Source: an uncultured Planctomycetota bacterium (lineage in GTDB: Bacteria > Planctomycetota > Planctomycetia > Isosphaerales > Isosphaeraceae). From it: DNA of 64,000 nucleotides. Location of the stretch: positions 736,001 to 800,000 of the forward strand of contig CAWJTV010000005.1 in the NCBI GenBank assembly GCA_963845755.1, read 5' to 3'. The notes beneath the pieces were generated by a model, which saw nothing but the letters and a program-made list of their open reading frames with translations, did no database searches and was not told where the DNA came from. Positions 9,417-20,346 of the stretch are shown here, piece after piece. The translations under genes were made by a program, and so were the position numbers. Every line of letters begins with the position of its first letter. The first letter of the stretch is position 1.

Positions 9417-10935
9417 ATGAGCACCGATGACCTGGATCGTGAGAGCGGCTCGGCCGTTTCGGTCGGAGACGAGCCGGAAGCTGGCGCGATCGTAAAGCCG
9501 AAATTAGGCATGTCCGTCGAGATCACGGACGCCGGGCCGTGCAAGAAGCATATCAAGGTCTCGATCCCTCGATCCGAGATCGAACTGCAGTATACCGAAT
9601 CGTTGGAAAACCTCCGCAAGGAAGCCGTTGTGCCGGGGTTCCGGCCGGGGAAAGCTCCCCGTCAATTGGTCGTCAAGCGGTTCCGCAAGGAGGTCTCCGA
9701 TCAGGTCAAGTCCAAGCTTCTCATGTCGTCGCTAGAACAGCTCGACCAGGATTATCAACTCGAACCGATCACCCAGCCCGCAGCTCGATGTCGCGGCCAT
9801 CGAATTGCCGGATGACGGACCGATGAACTTCGAGATGGATGTCGAAGTTCGGCCGCAGTTCACTCTCCCGAATTACAAGGGTCTGTCACTGAAGCGACCC
9901 GTCAAGACGATCACCGACTCGGACATCGAGACCCAGCTCCGAATCCACCTCGAGCGCCACGGTCAAATCGTTCCGAAGCTCAGCGGCGGCGCCGAACTCG
10001 GCGATTACCTCACGGCCGATCTCGTCTTTGTCAACACGGCCGGTCAAGTCTTGACCGAGATCAAGGAATCCCAGTTTCGACTCGAGCCCGAGATGCGTTT
10101 TGACGAGGGCACATTCCCGAGGATCGGTGCTCAGGTGGCCGGCGTCAAGCCGGGCGAGAGTCGTCAGGTGGATGTGGAGATGGGGACTGCGGCTCGTGAT
10201 CCCAAGATCAGGGGTGCGCGTCTTCGTGCGGACATACGCGTCCACGACTTGAAGCAAATGCGCCTCCCTGAGCTCAACGAGGCGTTCTTGACCTCCATCG
10301 GGTTCGACTCGCTCGATAACCTCCGCGAGGCCGTTCACGAAGCGCTCAAACGCCGACTCTACTCCCTGCAGCGGCAGGCGCTGCGACGGCAAATCCTGGA
10401 TCTGCTGCTCCCGCAATCTCCATTCGAACTCCCCGCCGATCTGGTCTCTCGAGAGGAGGCAAACACGGTCCGTCGGCTGGTCCGGGAGCTCCGCCAGGAG
10501 GGTTTGACGGAAGACGACATCCGGGCCCGCGAGGCCGAGATCAAAGCCAATGCCCACGAGACGACCCTTCAGTCGCTCAAGGAGTTCTTGCTCCTGGCCA
10601 AGATCGCCGAAGCCGAACAGATCAAACCCGACGAGTCTGACGTCGAACAGGAGATTGAAGCGATCGCCGAGCGGTCCGGCGAGAGCGTGCGTCGGGTTCG
10701 TGCCCGGCTGGAGAAGGAGGGTGTGACCGACGACCTGACGACCCAGATCCTCGAACGCAAGGTCCTCGACCACATCCTGGAGTCCAGTACGATCGAGGAC
10801 ATCGTCGTGGACACGGACCAGCCCCAGGGGCGCGTCGAGACCGTCAACATCACCGTGGAGCCCGAGGCCCACGGCGTCGAAGCTCCCAAGAACGCCACTG
10901 ATGAAGCAAACCCCCGATCGTCCGATGGATCGTGA
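9417..10935 (+). CDS. tig: Trigger factor (one frameshift near 9780)
   Basis: VPGFRPGKAP ribosome-binding signature; FEMDVEVRP; FKBP-like and C-terminal domains; upstream of clpP. One extra base splits it. Confidence 0.95.
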
Positions 10936-11145
10936 ATCCGCCCGCGGACTGATGCCCGGTGCGATCGCGTTGGTCCGATTCGAATCGGCCGGGAAGCCAC
11001 CGGAAGGCCTCCTTGATTCATCCGATCGGCCTGTTCCGATTTACAAGAAGACGTCCGACTCAACCCGATCCGCTTCAACCCGAGTGATGTCGCCGACGAG
11101 TCACGCCGTCTCGCCGGCCGGCCCTTGATTGCGAAGGATCCATTC

Positions 11146-11778
11146 ATGCCTCGCGAACATCCTCTCGCCGATCCATCGCTACAGCGTTATCGCGACTACG
11201 CGCGACAACGCCAGATGACCCTCGGCGATCTACTGCTCGAGAATCGCATCGTTTTCCTCGAAGGCGTGATCAACGACGCCGTGGCCAACCTGACCGTGAT
11301 GAAGTTCTTGTTCCTCCAGTACGAGAACCGGACGCAGGGCATAAGCTTCTACATCAACAGTCCGGGGGGGAGCGTCACGAGCACCCTGGCGATTTACGAC
11401 ACCATGCAGTTCATCGACAGTCCGATCGCCACATACTGCATCGGCCTGGCCGCTTCGGGAGCGGCGGTCCTACTGGCCGGGGGTACCAAAGGGAAGCGGT
11501 TCGCCCTGCCGCATTCCAAGATCATGATTCACCAGCCGTACGGCCAGGTCGGCGGCCAGGTCTCGGACATCGAGATCCAGGCCGAGGAGATCGTGCGGAG
11601 CAAGCAGGTAATCAACGAGATCCTCGCGAAGCACACCGGCCAGCCCATCGAGCGCGTCGCCAAGGATACCGAACGCGACCGCTACCTCACCGCCATCCAG
11701 GCCAAGGAATATGGCCTGGTCGATGAAGTCGTCGGTCGGATGACCGGCGAGAAAGGCACGCCGGTATCCGTCACCTGA
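11146..11778 (+). CDS. clpP: ATP-dependent Clp protease proteolytic subunit (copy 1)
   Basis: [15 protein letters not shown] (catalytic Ser), IMIHQP (His), DTERD (Asp). Confidence 0.96.
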   Translation: MPREHPLADPSLQRYRDYARQRQMTLGDLLLENRIVFLEGVINDAVANLTVMKFLFLQYENRTQGISFYINSPGGSVTSTLAIYDTMQFIDSPIATYCIGLAASGAAVLLAGGTKGKRFALPHSKIMIHQPYGQVGGQVSDIEIQAEEIVRSKQVINEILAKHTGQPIERVAKDTERDRYLTAIQAKEYGLVDEVVGRMTGEKGTPVSVT

Positions 11779-11920
11779 AAGGCTGCGAACGAATCAAATT
11801 CAACCGTTCTCGCATGCCGTCACGTTCGTTCCACGGGGTACAGGGAATCCTCCATCCGCGACTTTTCAGATCCGCACGGCCCGCGGCCGACGGCTCCTAT
11901 TGCAGAAGGGCTCAACCACC

Positions 11921-12535
11921 ATGCCACTTGTCCCGATCGTGATCGAACGAAGCGGTCGTGAAGAGCGGGCGATGGATATTTATTCCCGCCTGCTCCAGGA
12001 TCGCATCATCATCCTGGGCTCGGCCATCGATGACACTGTGGCAAACCTGGTCGTTGCCCAGATGCTCGTCCTGGCCCACCAGGATTCCAAGGCGGACATC
12101 CATCTCTACGTCAACAGTCCCGGCGGAAGCGTGACCGCTGGCCTGGCCATCTACGACACCATGCAATGGGTCTCGTGTGACGTGGCCACTTACTGCATCG
12201 GACAGTGCGCCAGCATGGGGTCGCTGCTTCTGTCCGCGGGAGCCAAGGGGAAGCGCAACGCCCTGCCCCACAGCCGGATCATGATCCACCAGCCGCTGGC
12301 TGGGATGGAGGGAACGGCCACCGAGATCATGATCCATGCCGAGGAATTCATCCGGATGAAGAAGCAACTCAACCAGATCTACCAGAAGCACACCGGGCAA
12401 ACGCTCGAGCGACTCCAGGACGATACCGACCGTGATCGCTTCATGTCGCCCGAAGAGGCCCGCGAGTACGGGCTGATCGACAACGTCGTGGACCGCGAGC
12501 CTCCGATCCCATTGAACCTGAACCCCGTCCCTTGA
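11921..12535 (+). CDS. clpP: ATP-dependent Clp protease proteolytic subunit (copy 2)
   Basis: [39 protein letters not shown]. Confidence 0.97.
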   Translation: MPLVPIVIERSGREERAMDIYSRLLQDRIIILGSAIDDTVANLVVAQMLVLAHQDSKADIHLYVNSPGGSVTAGLAIYDTMQWVSCDVATYCIGQCASMGSLLLSAGAKGKRNALPHSRIMIHQPLAGMEGTATEIMIHAEEFIRMKKQLNQIYQKHTGQTLERLQDDTDRDRFMSPEEAREYGLIDNVVDREPPIPLNLNPVP

Positions 12536-12624
12536 ACGCGGAACGCGCCGCCTCCCATCGAATCGATCCAAGATAGAATTTAAGTGGAAATTTTGATGAT
12601 TAGACACTTGCAACCATGACATCC

Positions 12625-12655
12625 CTCGGGCTCACGGGCCCCGCGTGGGCCCGAG
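12625..12655. terminator. GC hairpin between convergent clpP and Nudix genes
   Basis: CTCGGGCTCACG...CGTGGGCCCGAG stem. Confidence 0.45.
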
Positions 12656-12661
12656 CCCATC

Positions 12662-13114
12662 TCAGGTTCCAGGTCCTGCTGAGGCACTTCGGTCCAATGA
12701 CGTTCGCGGGCCTTGTTGTTCGAGGTCTCGTAGCACCGCCTCATTCGCCTCCGGGAAACGAAGCGACCCAAGCCGCCCGACCGGGATCCACAGGAAGCCC
12801 GACTCGTGGGCGGGATCTTCGGCGGGATCTTCGGTGGTGCAGTCGTAAAAGTGCAGTTTAACGAGACCGTGGGGATACCGGTGGGTCGCGGTACAGCGGA
12901 GCGCACCCACGACGATGCGCAGGCCGATTTCCTCGTAACATTCGCGGGCCGTGGCCTGGTCGGGAGTCTCCTCTGGCTCGCACTTGCCTCCGGGAAATTC
13001 CCAGTACCCCGCATAGACGGTCCCGGCAGGGCGACGTCGCACGAGGAAGGCGTCGCCACGCCGGACCAGCCCGATCCCGACCCTTATGGGCCGCTCGGCG
13101 GACTCGTCGTTCAT
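12662..13114 (-). CDS. Nudix hydrolase, MutT-like (deoxy)nucleoside triphosphate pyrophosphohydrolase
   Basis: WEFPGGKCEPEETPDQATARECYEEIG Nudix box; FPEAN; overlaps the fabI stop. Confidence 0.9.
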   Translation of the reverse strand: MNDESAERPIRVGIGLVRRGDAFLVRRRPAGTVYAGYWEFPGGKCEPEETPDQATARECYEEIGLRIVVGALRCTATHRYPHGLVKLHFYDCTTEDPAEDPAHESGFLWIPVGRLGSLRFPEANEAVLRDLEQQGPRTSLDRSASAGPGT

Positions 13115-13989
13115 AGTTGTTTCAGCTCTTCGTCATCCTGCAGCGCAGCGGCAAGTTCGGGGTGGGCCGCCTGGACCTTGGCCAGTATGAGGCGCTTGAC
13201 CTTCTCGATCGCCCGGCCAGGTGACCCCATGACGTTGTAGCCACAGTTGACGTGGAGGATTTCTCCGGTGATCCCGGCGGCATGATCGGAGAGCAAGAAC
13301 ATTCCCGCGGCGCCGACCTCCTCGCGAGTGATGTTGCGGTCCATCGGCGCCGACATCTCATACAGGCTGGCCAGCTTATCGAAATCGCCGACGGCCGAGG
13401 CGGCCAGGGTCTTGACCGGACCCGCCGAAACGGCATTGACCCGGATCTTCCTTGGCCCCAGGTCGTATGCCAGGTACTTGACCGAGGCATCGAGCGCCGC
13501 CTTGCATACGCCCATCAGGTTATATCCCGGCACGACCCGCTCGCCGCCGAAATAGGTCAATGTGACGATCGCCCCTCCATCGGGCATCGCCTCGATGGCC
13601 TGACGCGCCACAATCGCAAGTGAGTACACGCTGATGTCCATCGCCACCTTGAATCCATCACGGCTGGCATTGACGAATGGGCACTTCAAGTCATCCACAG
13701 GCGCAAAGGCGATCGAATGCAGCACGAAGTCGATCGTGCCGAAGGTCTCGCGCGCCTGGCCAAACACACGGGCCACGTCCTCGTCCTTCTGAACGTCGCA
13801 CGATGTGATCAGCTTGGCCCCGATCGGCTCGGCCACCTTGCGGACGCGCCTTTCCATCTTATCGCCCGGGAGATGAGTGAAACCCAGCTCGGCCCCTTCT
13901 TCGTGGAGTTTCTTGGCAATCGCCCAGGCGATGCTAAAATCATTCGCAACACCCAGAATCAGTCCTTTTTTCCCCGTGAATAGTCCCAT
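13111..13989 (-). CDS. fabI: Enoyl-ACP reductase
   Basis: GVANDFSIAWAIA, HSIAFAP, YNLMGVCKAAL, NAVSAGPVKTLAA. Confidence 0.96.
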   Translation of the reverse strand: MGLFTGKKGLILGVANDFSIAWAIAKKLHEEGAELGFTHLPGDKMERRVRKVAEPIGAKLITSCDVQKDEDVARVFGQARETFGTIDFVLHSIAFAPVDDLKCPFVNASRDGFKVAMDISVYSLAIVARQAIEAMPDGGAIVTLTYFGGERVVPGYNLMGVCKAALDASVKYLAYDLGPRKIRVNAVSAGPVKTLAASAVGDFDKLASLYEMSAPMDRNITREEVGAAGMFLLSDHAAGITGEILHVNCGYNVMGSPGRAIEKVKRLILAKVQAAHPELAAALQDDEELKQL

Positions 13990-14150
13990 CCATCCCGCCC
14001 CTTTCGCCTGGATTGCGCCTCACAACCAACTTCACTGATCAACTTACTCGGGTCGGCGACAACTCGGATGACCTGCCCCGCCCCGAGGGTTCCTCAATGC
14101 TTTCCTTCCACGATCGTGCTGAGTTACGATACCCGGACTCGCGGGCTGGC

Positions 14151-14774
14151 TCAACAGGTACGTTTTACGTGGAGGTTGTAGGGGGAGAGACTGTCGGATA
14201 CTGTATCGTAGATCGCGCACCAGCCGTCCCGGACTGCCGCGACGACCACGAGATAGCGGTGGTTGGCCTCGAAGCGAATCGGCCGATTTCCTCGCCAATC
14301 CATGGGTCCCTCAGGGGTCACGGCCAACCATCGGTGGAAATGGCCGACGAACATCCTGCGGTTAGGAAAGGCCGCGAAGTTCCGGGCGGCCGCCTCAACG
14401 GTTTCCGGGGCTCGCTCAACGTACCACGGCTGCTCGATGTCGGTAGGATCCAGGCAGGGCAGTACGTGACTCAGGAGCACTCCTTCGACCTCCATGCGGG
14501 CTTTGAGTCGATGCATGTAATCGAGGGTCGTCCAGGCAAACGGGCGTTCGACCGAATCGCCGCGGCCCGCGAAGAGGCCGAATTCGTGATTGCCCCAGAC
14601 TCCGGCTACGTCGGCCTCACGCAGCAGGTCCACGGCCTCGGCAAACCGTACTCCGTTCTCGAAGATGTCGCCGAGCGTGAACAGTTGGTCAGCGCCCTCG
14701 CAGCGACAGCGCGCGATGGCCATCGCGAGCCGATCGACGTCCTCGTGGATATCCGCCAGAAGTCCCATTCGCAT
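14151..14774 (-). CDS. Metallophosphoesterase
   Basis: ADIH, LGD, GNHE, SH and GHFH calcineurin-like motifs. Confidence 0.9.
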   Translation of the reverse strand: MRMGLLADIHEDVDRLAMAIARCRCEGADQLFTLGDIFENGVRFAEAVDLLREADVAGVWGNHEFGLFAGRGDSVERPFAWTTLDYMHRLKARMEVEGVLLSHVLPCLDPTDIEQPWYVERAPETVEAAARNFAAFPNRRMFVGHFHRWLAVTPEGPMDWRGNRPIRFEANHRYLVVVAAVRDGWCAIYDTVSDSLSPYNLHVKRTC

Positions 14775-14840
14775 CGCGATACCTCCTCTCAGGGGTCCGT
14801 CGTGTCGAGCCCAAACAAATAACGGGCAATCGATGGGTTT

Positions 14841-16373
14841 GTGACATCCGGGGCGCCTCGTGGGGGATCCATTTCGGGGGGTCCGGAGCGAACCCTTCGG
14901 GGAGCCTTCCAAGAGCAATTGACGATTGGAATGGGCGTTCGTAAAACACGGTCGGCCGGGAAGTTCAGACACTCCAAGGCGCTCCCAGGAATTCTATGGC
15001 TGACCGCGCGATCATGGCGAGGTGGTCGGATGATTCGTAGACGAGTAAGCACCGTCCATTGGCGGTGCGTCTGGGGCTGGCTGACTGCATCGAGGCAACT
15101 CCAGGTTACGAGTGACACCTGGACATGGCTGGCGGTCGCGGTGGGAGTGGCCCTTCGCCTCGTCGACTTCGCCGATTTCCGCAGGCTTTACCAGGACGAG
15201 CAATCTCTGCTCGACAATCTCGTGTCGCTCGGGGTCTTCGATTTCCAGACGACCCTCTCCGAGTATCAACTGGCACCGCCGGGGTTTCTCGTGCTCGCGC
15301 GATTGCTGGTCCGACTGCCGGGAGATGACGCGCAGCAAGCCAGGCTGATCTCGCTGGTATGCGGCGTTGCATCGATGTTCCTTTTCCGCTCGGCGGCCCG
15401 ACGTTACGTGATGGGCCGGGCTGCCCCGATCGCCACGGGCCTCTTCGCCTTGTGTGACTGGCTGATCTATTACTCTTCGGAACTCAAGCAATACTCGTCC
15501 GACCTAGCGCTGACCCTGATCGCGCTGCTCCTGGCGGCCGGCCCGACGCCGGCGTCGACGGCAACCGAGTCGTCGCAGTCCGCTCCCACATACTTGACGA
15601 CCCGAAGGCTGCTGGCGGTCGCCGCGTTTGGTCTGGTCGGAGTCTGGTTTTCCTATCCTCTGGCTCTGGTGCTGGCGGGTGTCGGAACGTACTCGATCGG
15701 GGTGGCGGCCCTACGCAAAGACTGGCGGCAATGCCTCTTGCTGGGGGCTACTGGGCTGACCTGGCTCGCGAGTTTCGCCGCGTGCTTCGCCGTCTCGCAC
15801 CGGATCTTGAGCAAGGAACGGTTCATCTGGGATTGGTGGGACTTCGCGTTTCTGCCGATCCCACGCACGTTCGACGAATTGAGTCGGGACTTCTGGCAGA
15901 TCATCAATGCGTTCGACAGTCCGGCCGACCTCCTTACTCCACTCGGCGTGCTCCCCTCGGCATTCCTCGCGCTGGGATTGTTCGTCCTCGGGGCATTCTC
16001 GCTCTCACGGCGTTGGCCCGGAGGGCTCTATCTTCTCGTCTCCCCGATCCTCTTCGCGCTGATGGCCTCTGTTCTACACCAGTACCCCTTCCATGGCCGG
16101 CTACTGATCTTCCTCGTTCCCTCGATCCACCTGCTGGTCGGTGAGGGCGGCGCGATGCTTTCGCGGCGAGGCGGCCCATTGTTGACTCTCGCCGTGGCCG
16201 CCTTTCTGATCTTCCAGCCGGCTTATGACGAATACCGGCTCCGTTTCATCGAGAGGTCGACTCAGCAGCACAGCGGATACGACTCTCACGGCGACCTTCG
16301 CCCGGACCTGCTGGACTATCTCGACTCCGATCGCCCCAGGCGAAGACTCTCGCCTCGTGCCGACGCTCCTTGA
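14841..16373 (+). CDS. Polytopic membrane protein, probable GT-C (PMT/ArnT-like) glycosyltransferase
   Basis: LYQDE acidic loop motif after the first TM, QLAPPGF, YYSSELKQYS, YPFHGRL, many TM segments. True start probably near 15030. Confidence 0.75.
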   Translation: MTSGAPRGGSISGGPERTLRGAFQEQLTIGMGVRKTRSAGKFRHSKALPGILWLTARSWRGGRMIRRRVSTVHWRCVWGWLTASRQLQVTSDTWTWLAVAVGVALRLVDFADFRRLYQDEQSLLDNLVSLGVFDFQTTLSEYQLAPPGFLVLARLLVRLPGDDAQQARLISLVCGVASMFLFRSAARRYVMGRAAPIATGLFALCDWLIYYSSELKQYSSDLALTLIALLLAAGPTPASTATESSQSAPTYLTTRRLLAVAAFGLVGVWFSYPLALVLAGVGTYSIGVAALRKDWRQCLLLGATGLTWLASFAACFAVSHRILSKERFIWDWWDFAFLPIPRTFDELSRDFWQIINAFDSPADLLTPLGVLPSAFLALGLFVLGAFSLSRRWPGGLYLLVSPILFALMASVLHQYPFHGRLLIFLVPSIHLLVGEGGAMLSRRGGPLLTLAVAAFLIFQPAYDEYRLRFIERSTQQHSGYDSHGDLRPDLLDYLDSDRPRRRLSPRADAP

Positions 16374-16402
16374 TAGTTCGCTCGGCCCGAGGTGTTTCGG
16401 AC

Positions 16403-17713
16403 TTAGCGATCGGGAGGGCCGAGCACGGATCGGCGCCGAGAAGCCGGGATCGTAGCAGGATCGGCTGCGGGCTGGGCTGCCGCCTTAGCGGACTTTTCCT
16501 GGGCCGGTTCCAGGACCGGAAGCATCATCGCGTTTAGATCCTGATCGAAGGCGGATCGAGACATGCTGAGCGCCCGCTGTGTTGCGGCGCCGACGCGCAG
16601 GCTTTGATCCTTGTACTCCTGAGGAATCGCGCCCAGGCCAAGCGTCTCGACCATGCGGAAAGCACTCTTGATCTGGGGGTCCTCGGCGAGGTCACGACCG
16701 GCCTCAGGTCGGAGCTCTTCGGGCCGGACGGTGGCGGTTCGTGATCCGAACGGGATCCAGCGCACGCCCCCGGTGCGGATCCACAAGGTCGACTCGACCG
16801 TAACACTGGCGGGCCCAATCGCCAGGCGAGTCACAACGGCCCCGCTCCGTCCCCGGGCCGCGATGGCTTGAAGCTTCTCCAGCACCGGATCCGGTTGGCC
16901 CTGGGCCGCAGCCGGATCAAGGAGTTGCTTCAGTCCGGAGACGGCGGTCGAGAGTCCCATGGCGTTGAATGGAGGATCGCCAGGCTGAGGTTCGGGCAGG
17001 ACGAAGTCCTGGTAGCGAAGGAAGCGGAGGCCCGGATCAATCGCCACTTCGGTCGCGGCTCGACGTCCTTGCCAGACCGCTTCGGACTCGGAGGCCGGCG
17101 GCAAGAGCCGATCGAGCGGGGCGGGCGGCCTCTTGCCGGCAGCGTCGGGGTTATATCCCCGGGCTTCGAGGGCATTCTTCAGCTCGTCCACTGGCATCGT
17201 CTCGGGATTCGGTAGCTCGCTCAGCCAGGCGAGCCGGAACAATCGCTGGACGGAGACCGGCCGCTGCGTTAATTTGCGGACCTCGCTTCGCGGCAACCGC
17301 ACGCTGACCAGGGTGGATCGAGCCAGGTCTTCGGGATTCCCCAGGCGATTCAGCTCGCGATCGATCCATTGGACGATGCGATCGTCCGGGCCGACGCCTG
17401 GTGACGCCATCCGTTCCTTTCGCCAGGCGGACAGTCGTTTCGCGCGTTGAGTCGCTGCGCGGCGAACCCCCGTCAGCATCGACTGATCCCAGAGAGCCAG
17501 GTGATCCTCGACGTTCTTCCCCGCCCAGTCCCGACGCACCAGGAACTCGACAGAGCCTCGTGCGCCCGATGTGGCAGAGGTGACCAATCCCAGAATGACC
17601 GAGCCGTCCCGCAGCGTGATGTGGTCGGCGGCGGCTGATGACTTCGCGGCGTCGCCGGGCGGTCCCTCCGCGCCGGTCAGAATGAGAACCAAGATCAGCA
17701 CGTGTGCGATCAT
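16403..17713 (-). CDS. Hypothetical secreted protein
   Basis: 436-aa ORF with signal-like N-terminus and ADHITLRDG..ILG motif common in planctomycete secreted proteins. Confidence 0.75.
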   Translation of the reverse strand: MIAHVLILVLILTGAEGPPGDAAKSSAAADHITLRDGSVILGLVTSATSGARGSVEFLVRRDWAGKNVEDHLALWDQSMLTGVRRAATQRAKRLSAWRKERMASPGVGPDDRIVQWIDRELNRLGNPEDLARSTLVSVRLPRSEVRKLTQRPVSVQRLFRLAWLSELPNPETMPVDELKNALEARGYNPDAAGKRPPAPLDRLLPPASESEAVWQGRRAATEVAIDPGLRFLRYQDFVLPEPQPGDPPFNAMGLSTAVSGLKQLLDPAAAQGQPDPVLEKLQAIAARGRSGAVVTRLAIGPASVTVESTLWIRTGGVRWIPFGSRTATVRPEELRPEAGRDLAEDPQIKSAFRMVETLGLGAIPQEYKDQSLRVGAATQRALSMSRSAFDQDLNAMMLPVLEPAQEKSAKAAAQPAADPATIPASRRRSVLGPPDR

Positions 17714-17845
17714 TTGGCGATGACCCTTCTAGCAAGAGTAGGGTAGACTGGGCCCTGTGTGATACCTGGACAATCGAGCCCGGCCTGGTCCTCACCAACG
17801 GAAATCGTCAACTTTTAGGATACCAATCGGCGTCAAGGAATTCCT

Positions 17846-18538
17846 ATGGCAATGATCGCGTTCGGTCCGCTGGGTGACCGCGCCTACCTCGCTCATTTTG
17901 CGACTGAGCGCGATGCTGCCGGCTGGGCCGCCGCCGTGCGGGACCGCGCCTGGCGGGGGGTCCTCGATGTGGTCCTTGCCTATCAAGAGGTCGCCGTCTT
18001 CGCCGACCCGGATCGGGTCGACCTCTCGGACCTCGAAACCCAACTCCGAGCGGTCGAACCCGGTGCATCTTCAGTCCGGGACGGAGCGCTATGGGTCATC
18101 CCGGTTCTTTACGACGGGGCCGACCTGGAGGCGGTGTCCCATTGTCTGAATCTGAGCAAAGGCGACGTGATCTCCTTGCATGCTGGTAAAGAGTACGACG
18201 TCTTCGCGATCGGATTCAAGCCAGGTTACCCTTACGCGGGCTATTTGCCGCCAGCGATCAGCGGATTGCCGCGTCGCGAATCACCCCGTCCTCGTGTCCC
18301 GGCCGGATCGGTCGCGATAGCCGGCCGTCAAACGGGGATCTATCCCGAGGAGTCGCCGGGCGGATGGCAACTGCTCGGTCGAACGCCGCTCTGCATTGTG
18401 GACTTGACTGATGAGTATTTCCCGATTCGGCCGGGCGACCGGATCCGGTTCCAGCCGATCGAGGCTGCGGAATTCGAGGCTCGACACCATGAACGCCTTG
18501 AAGAAATCACCACCGGTTCGTCGGTTTCCGACGATTGA
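17846..18538 (+). CDS. pxpB: 5-oxoprolinase subunit B (allophanate hydrolase subunit 1 family)
   Basis: IPVLYDGADL, IGFKPGYPY, PRRESPRPRVPAGSVAIAG, ESPGGWQLLGRT. Confidence 0.93.
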   Translation: MAMIAFGPLGDRAYLAHFATERDAAGWAAAVRDRAWRGVLDVVLAYQEVAVFADPDRVDLSDLETQLRAVEPGASSVRDGALWVIPVLYDGADLEAVSHCLNLSKGDVISLHAGKEYDVFAIGFKPGYPYAGYLPPAISGLPRRESPRPRVPAGSVAIAGRQTGIYPEESPGGWQLLGRTPLCIVDLTDEYFPIRPGDRIRFQPIEAAEFEARHHERLEEITTGSSVSDD

Positions 18539-19274
18539 CCTCAATGCCGACTTGGGCGAAGACTGTCCCAACGATCGAGCGCTACTCGAGACGGTGACCT
18601 CGGCGAGCATAAGCTGTGGTGCCCATGCCGGCAGTCTGGAGGGGATGCGGCGGACGTTACGCGACGCCCGGGATTGCGGAATCGTGATCGGTGCCCATCC
18701 CGGCTACCCCGACCGCGAGCATTTCGGCCGCCTCGAGCGCGAGATGACGTCGGAGGCCGTTCAGAACTTGATCGTGGAGCAATTCTCAACCTTGAACGAA
18801 CTCGGGGACGAGGCCAGCATTCCGGTCCGATTCCTCAAACCGCACGGAGCGCTTTACAACCAGGCCCAGCGACAACCGGAGATCGCCCGAGGGGTTGTCG
18901 CAGCGGTCGTCCGGCTGGGTGTCTCGCTCCTGGGACAACCGGATACGCTGCTCGAGCACCTGGCCGCAGCCGCAGGCGTCCACTACATCGCGGAAGGCTT
19001 CCCCGACCGACGATACCGCGTTGATGGCTCGCTCGTCCCACGCAGCTCGCCGGGTGCTGTACTCCAGGATCCCGACGAGATGGAAGCCCACCTGCTTCGA
19101 TTGGCAGCGGACGAGCGGGTCGCGACGCTCTGCATTCACGGCGACGACCTGCGCCGTGTCAACAACGCTCGGCTCGTCCGCCGGCTCCTCGAGGCGCACG
19201 GAATCCGGATCCAGAGTTTTCTGAGCGAAGGGGGATCGTTTGTTGAGGGGATGCATGGGAATCCCGGACCATGA
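18489..19274 (+). CDS. pxpA: 5-oxoprolinase subunit A (LamB/YcsF)
   Basis: IDLNADLGE, CGAHAG, GAHPGYPDREHFGR, KPHGALYN, EGFPDRRY, TLCIHGD. Start uncertain. Confidence 0.93.
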   Translation: MNALKKSPPVRRFPTIDLNADLGEDCPNDRALLETVTSASISCGAHAGSLEGMRRTLRDARDCGIVIGAHPGYPDREHFGRLEREMTSEAVQNLIVEQFSTLNELGDEASIPVRFLKPHGALYNQAQRQPEIARGVVAAVVRLGVSLLGQPDTLLEHLAAAAGVHYIAEGFPDRRYRVDGSLVPRSSPGAVLQDPDEMEAHLLRLAADERVATLCIHGDDLRRVNNARLVRRLLEAHGIRIQSFLSEGGSFVEGMHGNPGP

Positions 19275-20197
19275 CCGGTCTTCGCGTCATCGATCCCGGT
19301 TTGAGCACGACGGTGCAAGACGCGGGGCGTCCCGGCTATCGCGAGCGCGGAGTGAGCCCCGGTGGTGCGTTCGACCGTGGATCGGCGGATCTGGCCAATG
19401 CCCTCCTTGGCAATTTCGCCGACTGTGCGGTCCTAGAACTGACGCTCAACGGCGGCGTCTATGAGGCCGCCGGGCCACTTGCGCTGGCGATGGCCGGTGC
19501 ACCGATGGAGGCGAAGGTCGTGGGGCCGGAAGGGATCGAGCAATCGCTCCGCATTCCCTTGTGCTGGTCGCTCTTGGAGGGAGAGAGACTCATCCTGGGC
19601 CGGACCCGAGAAGGAGCACGGACCTATCTCGCCGTCAGAGGCGGATGGCAGACGCCGCGCTGTCTCGGCAGTCGCTCGTCGGAATCTCGCCTCCGGACCG
19701 GCGATGTCCTGCCGGCCGAACGCGGATCCACGCTGAGGCGATGGCCTATCGGGCCGATTTGGGAGTCCCCTGATGCCGAGCCTTTCCGCGTGATCGATGG
19801 TCCAGACGTCGGTGGGATTCCGGGGCTCGAGGACACGTTCTGGGCGGTTCGCCGGTTCCGCGTCGGTTCGCGCAGCGATCGCATGGGCTTGCGCCTCGAG
19901 GGTGTTCCGGTAGTCGTCGCCTCCAATCCGGAACGGCTCTCGACCCCGGTGGCCCCCGGCGCCATCCAGGTAGCCGGCGGTCAACTCATCGTGCTGGGCG
20001 TAAACTGCGGAACTTTGGGAGGTTATCCCCATGTCGCACATGTGATCTCTGCCGATCTTGACCGCCTGGGCCAGCTCAGTCCGGGCGACGAGATCGACTT
20101 CCGGCGCGTGACAATCCAGGACGCCCGTCGACTCGATCAGACAGCCCATCAGGATCGCGCGAGCTTCCTCGGCCAGATCTCCGATGTGGTGAAATGA
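19271..20197 (+). CDS. pxpC: 5-oxoprolinase subunit C (allophanate hydrolase subunit 2 family)
   Basis: TTVQDAGRPGY, GARTYLAVRGG, LGSRS, SDRMGLRL, TLGGYP. Confidence 0.93.
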   Translation: MTGLRVIDPGLSTTVQDAGRPGYRERGVSPGGAFDRGSADLANALLGNFADCAVLELTLNGGVYEAAGPLALAMAGAPMEAKVVGPEGIEQSLRIPLCWSLLEGERLILGRTREGARTYLAVRGGWQTPRCLGSRSSESRLRTGDVLPAERGSTLRRWPIGPIWESPDAEPFRVIDGPDVGGIPGLEDTFWAVRRFRVGSRSDRMGLRLEGVPVVVASNPERLSTPVAPGAIQVAGGQLIVLGVNCGTLGGYPHVAHVISADLDRLGQLSPGDEIDFRRVTIQDARRLDQTAHQDRASFLGQISDVVK

Positions 20198-20346
20198 GCC
20201 TGATGCGGCGTCCGTCCAGAGATCGAGCGCAATCCCCGATTCCTGATTCCGAGGACCGCGAGCGTCGCCAACCAGGATCGTGAATCCGGAAGAAAGAATG
20301 GGGAATCGAGAGTGCCCCGCTACGCGCTCGACGCAGGGACGCAGGG

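Noticed and set aside
9417..10935. Programmed frameshift or pseudogene status for tig (and likewise lepA, lepB, lptB)
   Set aside because: No slippery motifs at the breaks, and the window-wide indel pattern fits sequencing error.
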